From: Candidatus Nomurabacteria bacterium
GTDB taxonomy: Bacteria > Patescibacteriota > Minisyncoccia > Phycocordibacterales > SBAW01
Reading direction: 5' to 3'
Assembly (NCBI GenBank): GCA_943356495.1
Contig: CALRFF010000002.1
Span: forward strand, 99,826 to 163,825
DNA length: 64,000 nucleotides
The position numbers were made by a program, and so were the translations under genes. The notes below the pieces were generated by a model that worked only from the letters and a program-made list of their open reading frames with translations, was not told the origin of the DNA and searched no databases. This document shows positions 26,544 to 34,463 of this stretch, in pieces (the first letter of the stretch is position 1; each line of letters opens with the position of its first letter).

Positions 26544-27971
26544 ATGGCCGACAAGAAGTTTTATCTTACGACGCCGATTTTTTATCCCAATGCCAAGCTG
26601 CATATGGGTCATGCGTACACCACGACACTCAGCGACATAGTGGTCCGCTATCATAGACTGTTGGGGGAGAAGACCTATTTTTTAACCGGTTCCGACGAAA
26701 ACACGCAAAAGGTTGTGCAAGCCGCCGCTGCGGCGGGGGAGGAGCCAAAAGTGTTTCTCGACAAGATTGTAGAGAATTTTAAAACACTGTTCAGCTCGCT
26801 CGACATTTCCTACGACCAGTTTATCCGCACCAGCGACGAGCAGGCTCATTGGCCGGGCGCTATTGCGCTCTGGAACAAATTGCAAGAGAGCGGTGACTTG
26901 TATAAAAAAGAGTACGAAGGTTTGTACTGCGTCGGGCACGAAGCGTTTATTACCGAAAAAGATTTGGTAGACGGAAAATGTCCCGACCACGGCACCGTGC
27001 CGCAGTATATTAAAGAAGAAAACTATTTCTTCCGTCTGTCGCGCTACACGGAAGATATACGCAAAAAAATAATCGCCGACGAGCTGGTGGTCGCCCCCGC
27101 GACGCGCAAGCGCGAAATCCTTTCTTTGCTCGACGAGGGGCTGCAGGATGTCAGTTTTTCGCGTCCGCGCACCGCAACATCGGTGGGCATACCCGTACCG
27201 AATGACGACTCGCAAGTGATGTACGTATGGTGCGATGCGCTGAGCAACTACATTACGGCTCTTGGCTATGGTCGGGACGACGCTTTGTATCAGGAGTTTT
27301 GGCCGGTCAACGTGCACGTGATAGGCAAAGATATTTTGCGCTTCCATGCGGCTATATGGCCGGCTATGCTTATGAGTGCCGGCATCGCGCTGCCAAAAAC
27401 TATATTGGTCCACGGGTTTATCACCTCGGGCGGTAAAAAAATGTCCAAGACGTTGGGTAACGTGATAGACCCTGAAGAGTTGTTGGCTGAGTACGGCACC
27501 GACGCGGTGCGCTACTACTTGGCGCGCTATATTTCGCCGTTTGAGGACGGCGATATTACCCGCGAGCATTGTAAGGCGGCCTACAACGCCGACTTGGCAA
27601 ACGGCTTGGGCAACCTTGCGGCACGCATTATGCAGTTGGCGCAGACACATTTGAGCGAACCGGTCGCGGTGGAGTGGAAGCCGTTTCCGAAAGAGTTTAC
27701 GGATGCGATGGAGAAATTCGAGGTTAATCGCGCGGTGGAATATGTGTGGCAGCGTATCCAAGCGCTTGATCAAAAAATAACTGCCGAAGCGCCGTTTAAA
27801 GTGGTTAAAGAAGACGCGCAGAAGGGCAAGGCGATAATTACGGAGTTAGTTACGGAGCTTGCCGCAATTGACCTTATGCTCGAGCCGCTCGTGCCGCAGA
27901 CAAGCAAAAAAATAATCGAAGCGATTATGGCTAACAAAAAGCCGGAGAATCTGTTTCCCCGCAAAGACTAA
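26544..27971 (+). CDS. metG: methionyl-tRNA synthetase
   Basis: [19 protein letters not shown] (HIGH region) and KMSKTLGN are present. Confidence 0.9.
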   Translation: MADKKFYLTTPIFYPNAKLHMGHAYTTTLSDIVVRYHRLLGEKTYFLTGSDENTQKVVQAAAAAGEEPKVFLDKIVENFKTLFSSLDISYDQFIRTSDEQAHWPGAIALWNKLQESGDLYKKEYEGLYCVGHEAFITEKDLVDGKCPDHGTVPQYIKEENYFFRLSRYTEDIRKKIIADELVVAPATRKREILSLLDEGLQDVSFSRPRTATSVGIPVPNDDSQVMYVWCDALSNYITALGYGRDDALYQEFWPVNVHVIGKDILRFHAAIWPAMLMSAGIALPKTILVHGFITSGGKKMSKTLGNVIDPEELLAEYGTDAVRYYLARYISPFEDGDITREHCKAAYNADLANGLGNLAARIMQLAQTHLSEPVAVEWKPFPKEFTDAMEKFEVNRAVEYVWQRIQALDQKITAEAPFKVVKEDAQKGKAIITELVTELAAIDLMLEPLVPQTSKKIIEAIMANKKPENLFPRKD

Positions 27972-27972
27972 G

Positions 27973-28731
27973 ATGCGGCTCTTTGACGCGCATTGCCACC
28001 TGCAGCTGCCCCAGTACGACGCCGACCGCGCCGAAGTGTTGGCGCGCATGGCATTGGCGGGGGTGGGCGCGGTGGTTATCGGCACCGATTTTGAAACATC
28101 AAAGGCAGGGCTTGAGCTTGCGAAACAACATGACTTTTTATGGGCATCTGTCGGTCTGCATCCCAACGACAATGCCGACGAAGAATTTGATGTGGCACAG
28201 TACGAGGCACTGGCCCGCGACCCAAAAGTGGTAGCTATAGGGGAGTGCGGGTTGGATTACTTTAGGACCACCGGCCAAGGCCAGCGCAAAAGGTTCGAGG
28301 CACAGATAGCGCTTGCGCAAAAAGTAAACAAAGCGTTGGTGGTACATTGCCGCAATGCGCACGAGGACTGTATTAGTGTTTTGCAAAACACTGCAATAGC
28401 AAGCAAGGTGCCGGTGGTTATTCATTTTTTTACAGGTTCGGGCGAGCTGGCACAACAGTACCTCAATCTTGGGTGCTATCTCTCGTTCCCGGGGCCTATA
28501 ACTTACACCGACATGTACGACGACTCTATTCAGGTGTGCCCTATGGATAAGATGCTGGTAGAGACCGATGCTCCCTTTGCCGCACCGGTCCCGCACCGCG
28601 GCAAGCGCAACGAACCCGCATATGTTGCTGCAGTGGCCGCCAAAATCGCCGCGGTTAAAGGAATCCCCGCAGAGGAGGTGTGTCGCCAAACCGTCCTTAA
28701 TGCACAACGGATTTTTACTATTGACAAGTAG
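27973..28731 (+). CDS. tatD: TatD-family metal-dependent hydrolase/DNase
   Basis: MRLFDAHCHLQ N-terminus and conserved His/Asp/Glu spacing. Confidence 0.85.
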   Translation: MRLFDAHCHLQLPQYDADRAEVLARMALAGVGAVVIGTDFETSKAGLELAKQHDFLWASVGLHPNDNADEEFDVAQYEALARDPKVVAIGECGLDYFRTTGQGQRKRFEAQIALAQKVNKALVVHCRNAHEDCISVLQNTAIASKVPVVIHFFTGSGELAQQYLNLGCYLSFPGPITYTDMYDDSIQVCPMDKMLVETDAPFAAPVPHRGKRNEPAYVAAVAAKIAAVKGIPAEEVCRQTVLNAQRIFTIDK

Positions 28732-28812
28732 CACCAAAAGGAGTATAATAATAGGCGAACTGATGGGACCCGAAACTCGTCGGGCCACAGAACAGTTCGT
28801 TTAAAAAGGAGA

Positions 28813-29496
28813 TTGATGATGTCGATGCAACCCGCATTGAACACGTCGCCGGTCGTGACCGCCGATAGCCCCAAGGGGCTGCGTGCGCTCGAGACCTTCC
28901 GCGCCCAATACAACAAGGCCCAGCTCGACGACGAGGGTGCCCAACTGCTCAATGAGCACAAGGACTTCGCCGCTTACTTAGCCGAGGGCATTCGCAAGTT
29001 CTCGACCAAAGGGTCGGTGTTCCCGGTTTATCTCGAGATCGAGACGGGCAGCAAGTCGAGGGACGAGCTGCTGAAGGAACTGAAGGCGGCCGAGGTCGAG
29101 GTCTCCAAGTACGCCAAGGACATCATGTCCAAGGACGCTTGGAAGCCTGGCGAGAAGCAGGTCGTCAAATTCGCGCGGGTCAAGGTGAGCGAACTCGGGT
29201 TCACCAACCCGAACAAGCTTCCAACGACTCGCGAGATCTGGGCACGCATCCAGGAACTCGGGCACAGCCTCTGCGAGCCGGCTGACGGCCCGGCCATCCG
29301 GCTGAGTCTCAAGGACCAGCCGCGCGGCGACTACTTCTGGACTGCGATGGAACAGATTTCGGACTCCGGCGGCAGCCCGAGCGTGTTCTTCGTCAAGCGG
29401 TACGACGGCGGCAAGCGCTGGCTCCACGACTTTTGGGTCCGCCCCGACGACCGGTGGTTTCTCGTCGTCGAGTTCGTGTTCCGTCTCCGCAAGTAA
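28813..29496 (+). CDS. DGR target (variable) protein, C-terminal CLec-fold-like variable region
   Basis: Its last 132 nt (the VR) match the downstream TR with adenine-specific substitutions. The TR-encoded ancestral C-terminus ...NDNWVNPDNQWNLDNEIVFRLR follows the Asn-rich, GFRxxR-like ending typical of C-type-lectin-fold DGR targets. Confidence 0.85.
   Translation: MMMSMQPALNTSPVVTADSPKGLRALETFRAQYNKAQLDDEGAQLLNEHKDFAAYLAEGIRKFSTKGSVFPVYLEIETGSKSRDELLKELKAAEVEVSKYAKDIMSKDAWKPGEKQVVKFARVKVSELGFTNPNKLPTTREIWARIQELGHSLCEPADGPAIRLSLKDQPRGDYFWTAMEQISDSGGSPSVFFVKRYDGGKRWLHDFWVRPDDRWFLVVEFVFRLRK
29360..29491 (+). repeat. DGR variable repeat (VR)
   Basis: 132-nt ungapped alignment to the TR with 19 mismatches, all opposite TR adenines. 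The 3' 21 nt are identical (IMH-like). Confidence 0.9.
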
Positions 29497-29543
29497 CACT
29501 CAAGTTTTAGGGTTTAGCCCTAACTCTTGGTCCTTAGCCCTTC

Positions 29544-29579
29544 GGCCCGCATCGCAAGATGCGGGCCGCTTTCTTTTTT
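29544..29579 (+). terminator. GC hairpin with GCAA loop plus T-tract downstream of the VR (terminator / DGR-associated stem-loop)
   Basis: ggcccgcatc-GCAA-gatgcgggcc followed by gctttcttttttg. Confidence 0.6.
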
Positions 29580-29813
29580 GTATACTAAGGAGCGGTAGTA
29601 GGCGAGTATGCGTGCGGCAAGGACTGCGCGCTGCCCAATCCAGCAGACTTGCGCTGAGAATTTTTTCAACTGCGGTTGAGAAAAGAGTGGTTCAAGCGAG
29701 CTTAAAAAATAGAAGATACTTGGTGCGAGGCGCTACGGCATTGCGATGCCAAATACGATACAGGTTCTTGAATAATCGAGAGCCGGTGGCACGGGCGGCG
29801 CCCCGCACATAAA

Positions 29814-29945
29814 CGGACTCCGACGGCAACCCGAACGTGTTCTACGTCAAGCGGAACGACGACGGCAAGCGCTGGCTCAACGACAATTGGGTCAACCCCG
29901 ACAACCAGTGGAATCTCGACAACGAGATCGTGTTCCGTCTCCGCA
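29814..29945 (+). repeat. DGR template repeat (TR)
   Basis: Noncoding copy of the VR. It contains the AAC/AAT codons (in target frame) at every position that differs in the VR. Confidence 0.9.
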
Positions 29946-29952
29946 GCTCTCT

Positions 29953-30351
29953 TTATTTCTCCCCTGCCTTGGTAGGGGAGTTTTGTTTTGCGAGCTGACC
30001 GCTCCAACCATTGAGCATCTTTCCTATCTCGTCGAGTGGTTGAGCTAGCGCTAAGTAGCGTTTGTCGCGCAGAGATTTTGTCTCCCAAAGAATCAGGAGT
30101 AAAAAGTTGAGCGTGTTGAGCTTTTGCAGAGCCAACAGTACTACGGGACTCTTTTTATCCTTGGGGGCATAGACCGCCGAGGTTATACGTTCGATAAGGT
30201 CAATAAACAAGATGTCTACTCTTTCGCCTAGCGTGTAGCGATGGGCCTTTGGCAGCGTAAGATAGTACTCATGCCACAACAAATAAGCCTGTTTGACCCG
30301 CTCCAAAATAGGCAAAAGCCGTTGGGGGGGGGCTCGTAAAAGAGGACTCAC
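29953..30351 (-). CDS. avd: Avd-like DGR accessory variability determinant (four-helix-bundle family), encoded antisense to TR/RT
   Basis: ILERVKQAYLLWHEYYLTLPKAHRYTLGERVDILFIDLIERITSA aligns with Bordetella bAvd (IVERYERVISYLYPIAQSIPRKHGVAREMFLKCLLGQVELFIVAG). Length is about 130 aa with a basic C-terminus. The start codon is uncertain (the ORF track used GTG). Confidence 0.7.
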   Translation of the reverse strand: MSPLLRAPPQRLLPILERVKQAYLLWHEYYLTLPKAHRYTLGERVDILFIDLIERITSAVYAPKDKKSPVVLLALQKLNTLNFLLLILWETKSLRDKRYLALAQPLDEIGKMLNGWSGQLAKQNSPTKAGEK

Positions 30352-31315
30352 TCATACATATGACGATATCATTTCTGTCGAGAACCTGCTCGCGGCATGG
30401 AAGGAGTTTCGGCGTGGTAAGCGGTCCAAGCTAGACGTGCTGGAGTTTCAAACTGACTTGATGTATCAAATCACCGCTTTGCACGATGAATTAAAGAACA
30501 AAACGTACAAGCACGGCGGCTACCACCACTTTCGCATCAGTGACCCAAAACCCCGCGACATACACAAGGCGAGTGTACGCGACCGGCTGCTTCATCACGC
30601 CATATATAGAAAGCTGTACCCGTTCTTCGACAAAAAGTTCATTGCCGACTCTTACTCCTGCCGCCTGGGGAAGGGGACGCATAAGGCGATGAGTCAGTTC
30701 CGCCGATATGCCGGCAAAGTATCCCGCAACCATACCCGCACGTGCTGGGTCCTGAAGTGCGACATCCGCAAGTTCTTTGCCTCGATCGACCACCGGGTGT
30801 TGTTCTCCATCCTCGAGCGCTCCATACCCGACTCGGATATCCGCTGGCTCTTGCAGGAGGTGGTCGGCAGCTTCCGTGCGAGGCTAAACCTCGCACAAGG
30901 GTTGCCGCTCGGGAATCTCACAAGCCAACTCTTGGTCAACGTGTACATGAACGAGTTTGACCAATACACGAAGCACACGCTCAAAGCCAAGCACTTCATT
31001 CGCTATGCGGATGATTTTGTGCTGCTTTCGCACAACAAAACAGAGCTAGAAAAAAGACTACGATATATCGTAGTCTTTCTATGGGACAAATTAAAGCTGA
31101 AATTGCATCCCAACAAAGTATCCATCAGCACCTTTGCCTCCGGCGTCGACTTTTTAGGCTGGGTGCACTTTACCGACCACCGTGTGTTGCGTACTGCGAG
31201 CAAAAAGAGGATGCAGCGACGGCTACGAGAGCAAGCAGGGAATGAAAGTACCCGTCAATCATATATCGGGATGTTGAAGCATGGGAATACCGAGAAGTTG
31301 CGGCAAAAAATCTGA
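30293..31315 (+). CDS. DGR reverse transcriptase
   Basis: N-terminus ISVENLLAAWKEFRRGKRSK matches the bRT-like WENLWAAYRKAARGKR. SYSCRLGKGTHKA is the DGR-specific motif. LPLGNLTSQLLVNVYM has the I/LGxxxSQ signature in place of QGxxxSP. RYADDFVLL is the YADD motif. Length is about 330 aa. The true start is probably downstream of the TTG chosen by the ORF track. Confidence 0.9.
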   Translation: MTRSKIGKSRWGGARKRGLTHTYDDIISVENLLAAWKEFRRGKRSKLDVLEFQTDLMYQITALHDELKNKTYKHGGYHHFRISDPKPRDIHKASVRDRLLHHAIYRKLYPFFDKKFIADSYSCRLGKGTHKAMSQFRRYAGKVSRNHTRTCWVLKCDIRKFFASIDHRVLFSILERSIPDSDIRWLLQEVVGSFRARLNLAQGLPLGNLTSQLLVNVYMNEFDQYTKHTLKAKHFIRYADDFVLLSHNKTELEKRLRYIVVFLWDKLKLKLHPNKVSISTFASGVDFLGWVHFTDHRVLRTASKKRMQRRLREQAGNESTRQSYIGMLKHGNTEKLRQKI

Positions 31316-31332
31316 TATGGTAAGGTACTTTC

Positions 31333-31842
31333 ATGGCAGAAACGTCGCAGGTCTCTCCGGAGATCTCATCCCAAGCGAACGCCGATGGCCGACCCGTATA
31401 CGAGGTCGGTTTTCACCTGCTCCCTAGCATACCCGAAGAGGGTCTTGGTGCGGTTGTAGAGAAGATCCGCACGCTGCTCGGCAAGGCGGAGATTATTGCA
31501 GAAGGCTTTCCCGCAAAGATGACGCTCGCGTACACTATCGAGCGCGCGCACACCGGCAAGCGCGACAAGTTTACCCAGAGCTACTTCGGCTGGATTAAGT
31601 TTGTGGTCGAGGACCGCTCTAACACGCAGGCGCTCCAAGAGTCGCTCCGCACTATGCCGGAGGTATTGCGCTTTTTGGTTATCGAAACTACCCGCGAGGA
31701 TGCCAAAGAGGCGCCGCGCCGTGCAGTCTTTAGCTCCGACCGTCTCGAGGGCGAAACCATCAAAAAGCCGGTTGCAGCCGAAAAGGGCGGGGAGGTCAGC
31801 CAAGCCGAGCTCGATAAGTCGATCGAGGCCCTGACCGGCTAG
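31333..31842 (+). CDS. rpsF: 30S ribosomal protein S6 (with N- and C-terminal extensions)
   Basis: The core YEVGFHLLPSIPEEGLGAVVEKIRTLLGKAEIIAEGFPAKMTLAYTIE matches S6. It is followed by ssb and rpsR in the conserved operon order. Confidence 0.8.
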   Translation: MAETSQVSPEISSQANADGRPVYEVGFHLLPSIPEEGLGAVVEKIRTLLGKAEIIAEGFPAKMTLAYTIERAHTGKRDKFTQSYFGWIKFVVEDRSNTQALQESLRTMPEVLRFLVIETTREDAKEAPRRAVFSSDRLEGETIKKPVAAEKGGEVSQAELDKSIEALTG

Positions 31843-31857
31843 GCGTATACTTATTGT

Positions 31858-32313
31858 ATGTATCTCAACAAGGTAATGCTCTTCGGTAACCTGACCCGTG
31901 ACCCGGAGGTCCGCGCCTTGCCGAGCGGCGGCAATGTATGTTCCTTCAGTATCGCGACTAACCGCAATTACAAAAAGCCGAGCGGCGAGAAGGTCGAGGA
32001 GGTCGAGTTCCACAACATAGTGACCTTCGGCAAGCTTGCTGATCTTTGCGCGCAGTATCTTAAAAAGGGCGGCAGCGCGTATGTCGAAGGGCGCCTCAAG
32101 ACCCGCTCATGGGAGGGCAAAGACGACGGGAAAAAGCAGTACAAGACCGAGATTATCGCCGACACGGTGCAGTTTGGCCCGCGGGGCACCACTACGGGGG
32201 CGGGCGGGGCACCGGCTCGGGTAACCGACGCCGAGGCGCCGCAGAAGGCTCCTAAAGACGACGCAATAGACTACCCCGCAGAAGACATTAATCCTGAGGA
32301 CATCCCGTTCTAA
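31858..32313 (+). CDS. ssb: single-stranded DNA-binding protein
   Basis: The OB-fold reads LNKVMLFGNLTRDPEVRALPSGGNVCSFSIATNR. The acidic C-terminal tail ends ...EDINPEDIPF. Confidence 0.9.
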   Translation: MYLNKVMLFGNLTRDPEVRALPSGGNVCSFSIATNRNYKKPSGEKVEEVEFHNIVTFGKLADLCAQYLKKGGSAYVEGRLKTRSWEGKDDGKKQYKTEIIADTVQFGPRGTTTGAGGAPARVTDAEAPQKAPKDDAIDYPAEDINPEDIPF

Positions 32314-32322
32314 AAAACTTAT

Positions 32323-32517
32323 ATGGCAAAAGAATACGTACCCCAATTTAATACGATCGACTACAAGGACATTGAGACCATCAAGAAGTTCCTTAACCCG
32401 CACGGCAAGATAATGGCGCGCCGCCGCACCAACCTGTCTTCGCACGGTCAGCGCGCGCTCAGCGAAGCCGTTAAACGCGCCCGCTTTATGGCGCTCCTGC
32501 CGTATATCGTCCGCTAA
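32323..32517 (+). CDS. rpsR: 30S ribosomal protein S18
   Basis: [50 protein letters not shown] is canonical S18. Confidence 0.9.
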   Translation: MAKEYVPQFNTIDYKDIETIKKFLNPHGKIMARRRTNLSSHGQRALSEAVKRARFMALLPYIVR

Positions 32518-32629
32518 AGGCTCCTAAAAACGAAGTTTGAAGGAACGCAGAAAATTTCCTGCTGATAAATTTTCCTAACGCACGGCCTCGACAGGCCTGC
32601 GTACATTCCTTCAAACTTGTTTTTCTACG

Positions 32630-33199
32630 CTATTTCTTATCCACACGCTCGACGTAGTCGCCGGTTTCGGTATTGATGCGCACAATGTCGCCTTCGTTGA
32701 TAAAGAGGGGGGCGTTAATAACGGTGCCGGTCTCGAGCGTAATCTGCTTGCTGCCGCCTTGCGCGGTATTGCCTTTGACCGCCGGTGGCGCCTCGGTAAC
32801 CTTAAGCTCGAGTTTAATGGGGATTTTAATGCCGATAATTTTTTCGTCAAAAACAAGCGCCTCAAGCAACATATTAGGCTTCAAAAATTGTCCACCGGTG
32901 CCTATAGTCTCCGCGCTCAACATAAAGCGGTCTGCGGGATTTTCTTCGGCGCAAAACCACTGCTCTCCTTTATTTTTGTAGAGGTATTTGACTGACTTGG
33001 TAGACAGGTCGGCCTCGGCGACCTTTTCCGACACATGAAAAGCCTGTTCGGTTACCTTGCCGGTAATAATGTGGCGCAATTTGGTTTGGTTAACCGGCTT
33101 GCGCTGCTGCTTGCGGAAGACGTGTGCATCCAGTACTTCGTACGGCTCACCGTCGAGGAGGATTACCTTTTTAGGCAAAATTTCATTGTATTCGAGCAT
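32630..33199 (-). CDS. efp: elongation factor P
   Basis: MLEYNEILPKKVILLDGEPYEVLD and the KPGKG-like loop region match EF-P. Start is placed at the internal Met (ATG at 33197-33199 on the minus strand). Confidence 0.9.
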   Translation of the reverse strand: MLEYNEILPKKVILLDGEPYEVLDAHVFRKQQRKPVNQTKLRHIITGKVTEQAFHVSEKVAEADLSTKSVKYLYKNKGEQWFCAEENPADRFMLSAETIGTGGQFLKPNMLLEALVFDEKIIGIKIPIKLELKVTEAPPAVKGNTAQGGSKQITLETGTVINAPLFINEGDIVRINTETGDYVERVDKK

Positions 33200-33221
33200 T
33201 CGAAGACTATATACTAGGCTC

Positions 33222-34463
33222 ATGCAGTGGGTCAATCGCGAAGCGCTCCAAACTCTGCTTGCCTATGTCGCTTCGAGTCCCCATGCGGACTTCTATCGCG
33301 CCAAATACAAACAGAGTGGCGTAGTGCCTACCGTAGAAGCGTTTTCATTTCTCCCGCTGTTGTCGCGCCGCGAACTCACCGACACGCCGGTCGCTGCGCG
33401 CACCTTTGTACCGCCAAGCGAGGTACGGTTTGTGGCGTTTACCTCGGGCACGTCGTCCAAGGTGCCGCTTATTACGCCGTTTAGCGACGTGGAAAATTAC
33501 TTTTTTGAACCGTCACTCGGTCTTGCGGTCGCGCGGCCGCTCATTATATATCCGCCGCTTAACAAAAACTTCGGGGCAAGTTTTATCCAACAGTGTCGGC
33601 AGGCCATGCGGCCCGTGTCACCTATGTTTGCGGACTTTCAAAACCTTGGAGGTAGCGCCCTTATAGCTAAAGAAATGCAGTGCGATTCGCTCTACGCCAC
33701 GCCCACTATTGCGGCGCTCTTTGCGGCGCACGCTACAGCACTCGGCATAGCGGACACATTCAAATTATTGGCACTTTCGTCTGAAACGTTAACGGAGGCG
33801 CGCCGGCAGGAGTTACGTCGCGCGTATCCCAACGCCAAAATAGCCAACCTATACGCTTCATCCGAAATCGGCCAGTTTGTTATGGCCCCCTGTGCGGCCA
33901 TGATAGAGCGGGGAGTAAGCGAGTTTCATGTTATAGACCAAGCGTTGGCCGCGGTCGAGCTTATCGACGGCGAGTTGGTCGTATCCTACGGCCTTAACCG
34001 CGCTATGCCGCTGGTGCGCTACCGCACGGGCGACTTTTTTGAGGAAGGCACAGCGTGCGCCTGCGGCAAGCCGGGGCCGGTGCTGCAATGGTCGCACCGC
34101 GACAGCGACCGTATGCGCATTAACGGCATCGAGTTTACCGTGGACGAGGCCGACCGCGTGATGGGCGAGTTGCCGCATATGCCCGCCCCGCAGTACCAGA
34201 TACATTTTAGCGACGGCGAGAAGGGTGGGGTTGCTATGCGGGTCGAGATAGCCGACGCCGCGCTTGCCGCGCGGAGAGTAGAGGCAGAGGCGTTGGCGCA
34301 AAGTATCGCGCGCGACTTGCCCGGGCGATGGCATATTTCGCCGACGGCAACGCTGGCGACCGCGCTCGAGCGGGGACTCTTGTCGGCGGTGTCGGTGGCC
34401 ATAGTACCCGCAGTGTCCGACACTACCGTTAAGTCAAAACGTTTTGTAAACCATGTCCGTTAA
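33222..34463 (+). CDS. adenylate-forming enzyme, PaaK/coenzyme-F390-synthetase-like
   Basis: FAFTSGTSSKVPL fits the S/T-G-T-S/T-G-x-P-K AMP-binding P-loop. VRYRTGDFFEE matches the YRTGD motif. Internal Met start chosen. Confidence 0.6.
   Translation: MQWVNREALQTLLAYVASSPHADFYRAKYKQSGVVPTVEAFSFLPLLSRRELTDTPVAARTFVPPSEVRFVAFTSGTSSKVPLITPFSDVENYFFEPSLGLAVARPLIIYPPLNKNFGASFIQQCRQAMRPVSPMFADFQNLGGSALIAKEMQCDSLYATPTIAALFAAHATALGIADTFKLLALSSETLTEARRQELRRAYPNAKIANLYASSEIGQFVMAPCAAMIERGVSEFHVIDQALAAVELIDGELVVSYGLNRAMPLVRYRTGDFFEEGTACACGKPGPVLQWSHRDSDRMRINGIEFTVDEADRVMGELPHMPAPQYQIHFSDGEKGGVAMRVEIADAALAARRVEAEALAQSIARDLPGRWHISPTATLATALERGLLSAVSVAIVPAVSDTTVKSKRFVNHVR

Noticed and set aside
29612-29812. 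ORF 29612-29812 (66 aa) between VR and TR as a possible extra DGR component
   Set aside because: Short, Arg/Ala-rich, no Avd-like pattern. Interpreted as noncoding spacer upstream of the TR, although a promoter for the TR-RNA may lie here.
33057-33221. Upstream extension of the adenylate-forming enzyme ORF (start at 33057)
   Set aside because: The extension overlaps the efp coding region on the opposite strand and is Cys/Arg-rich. Internal Met at 33222 preferred.
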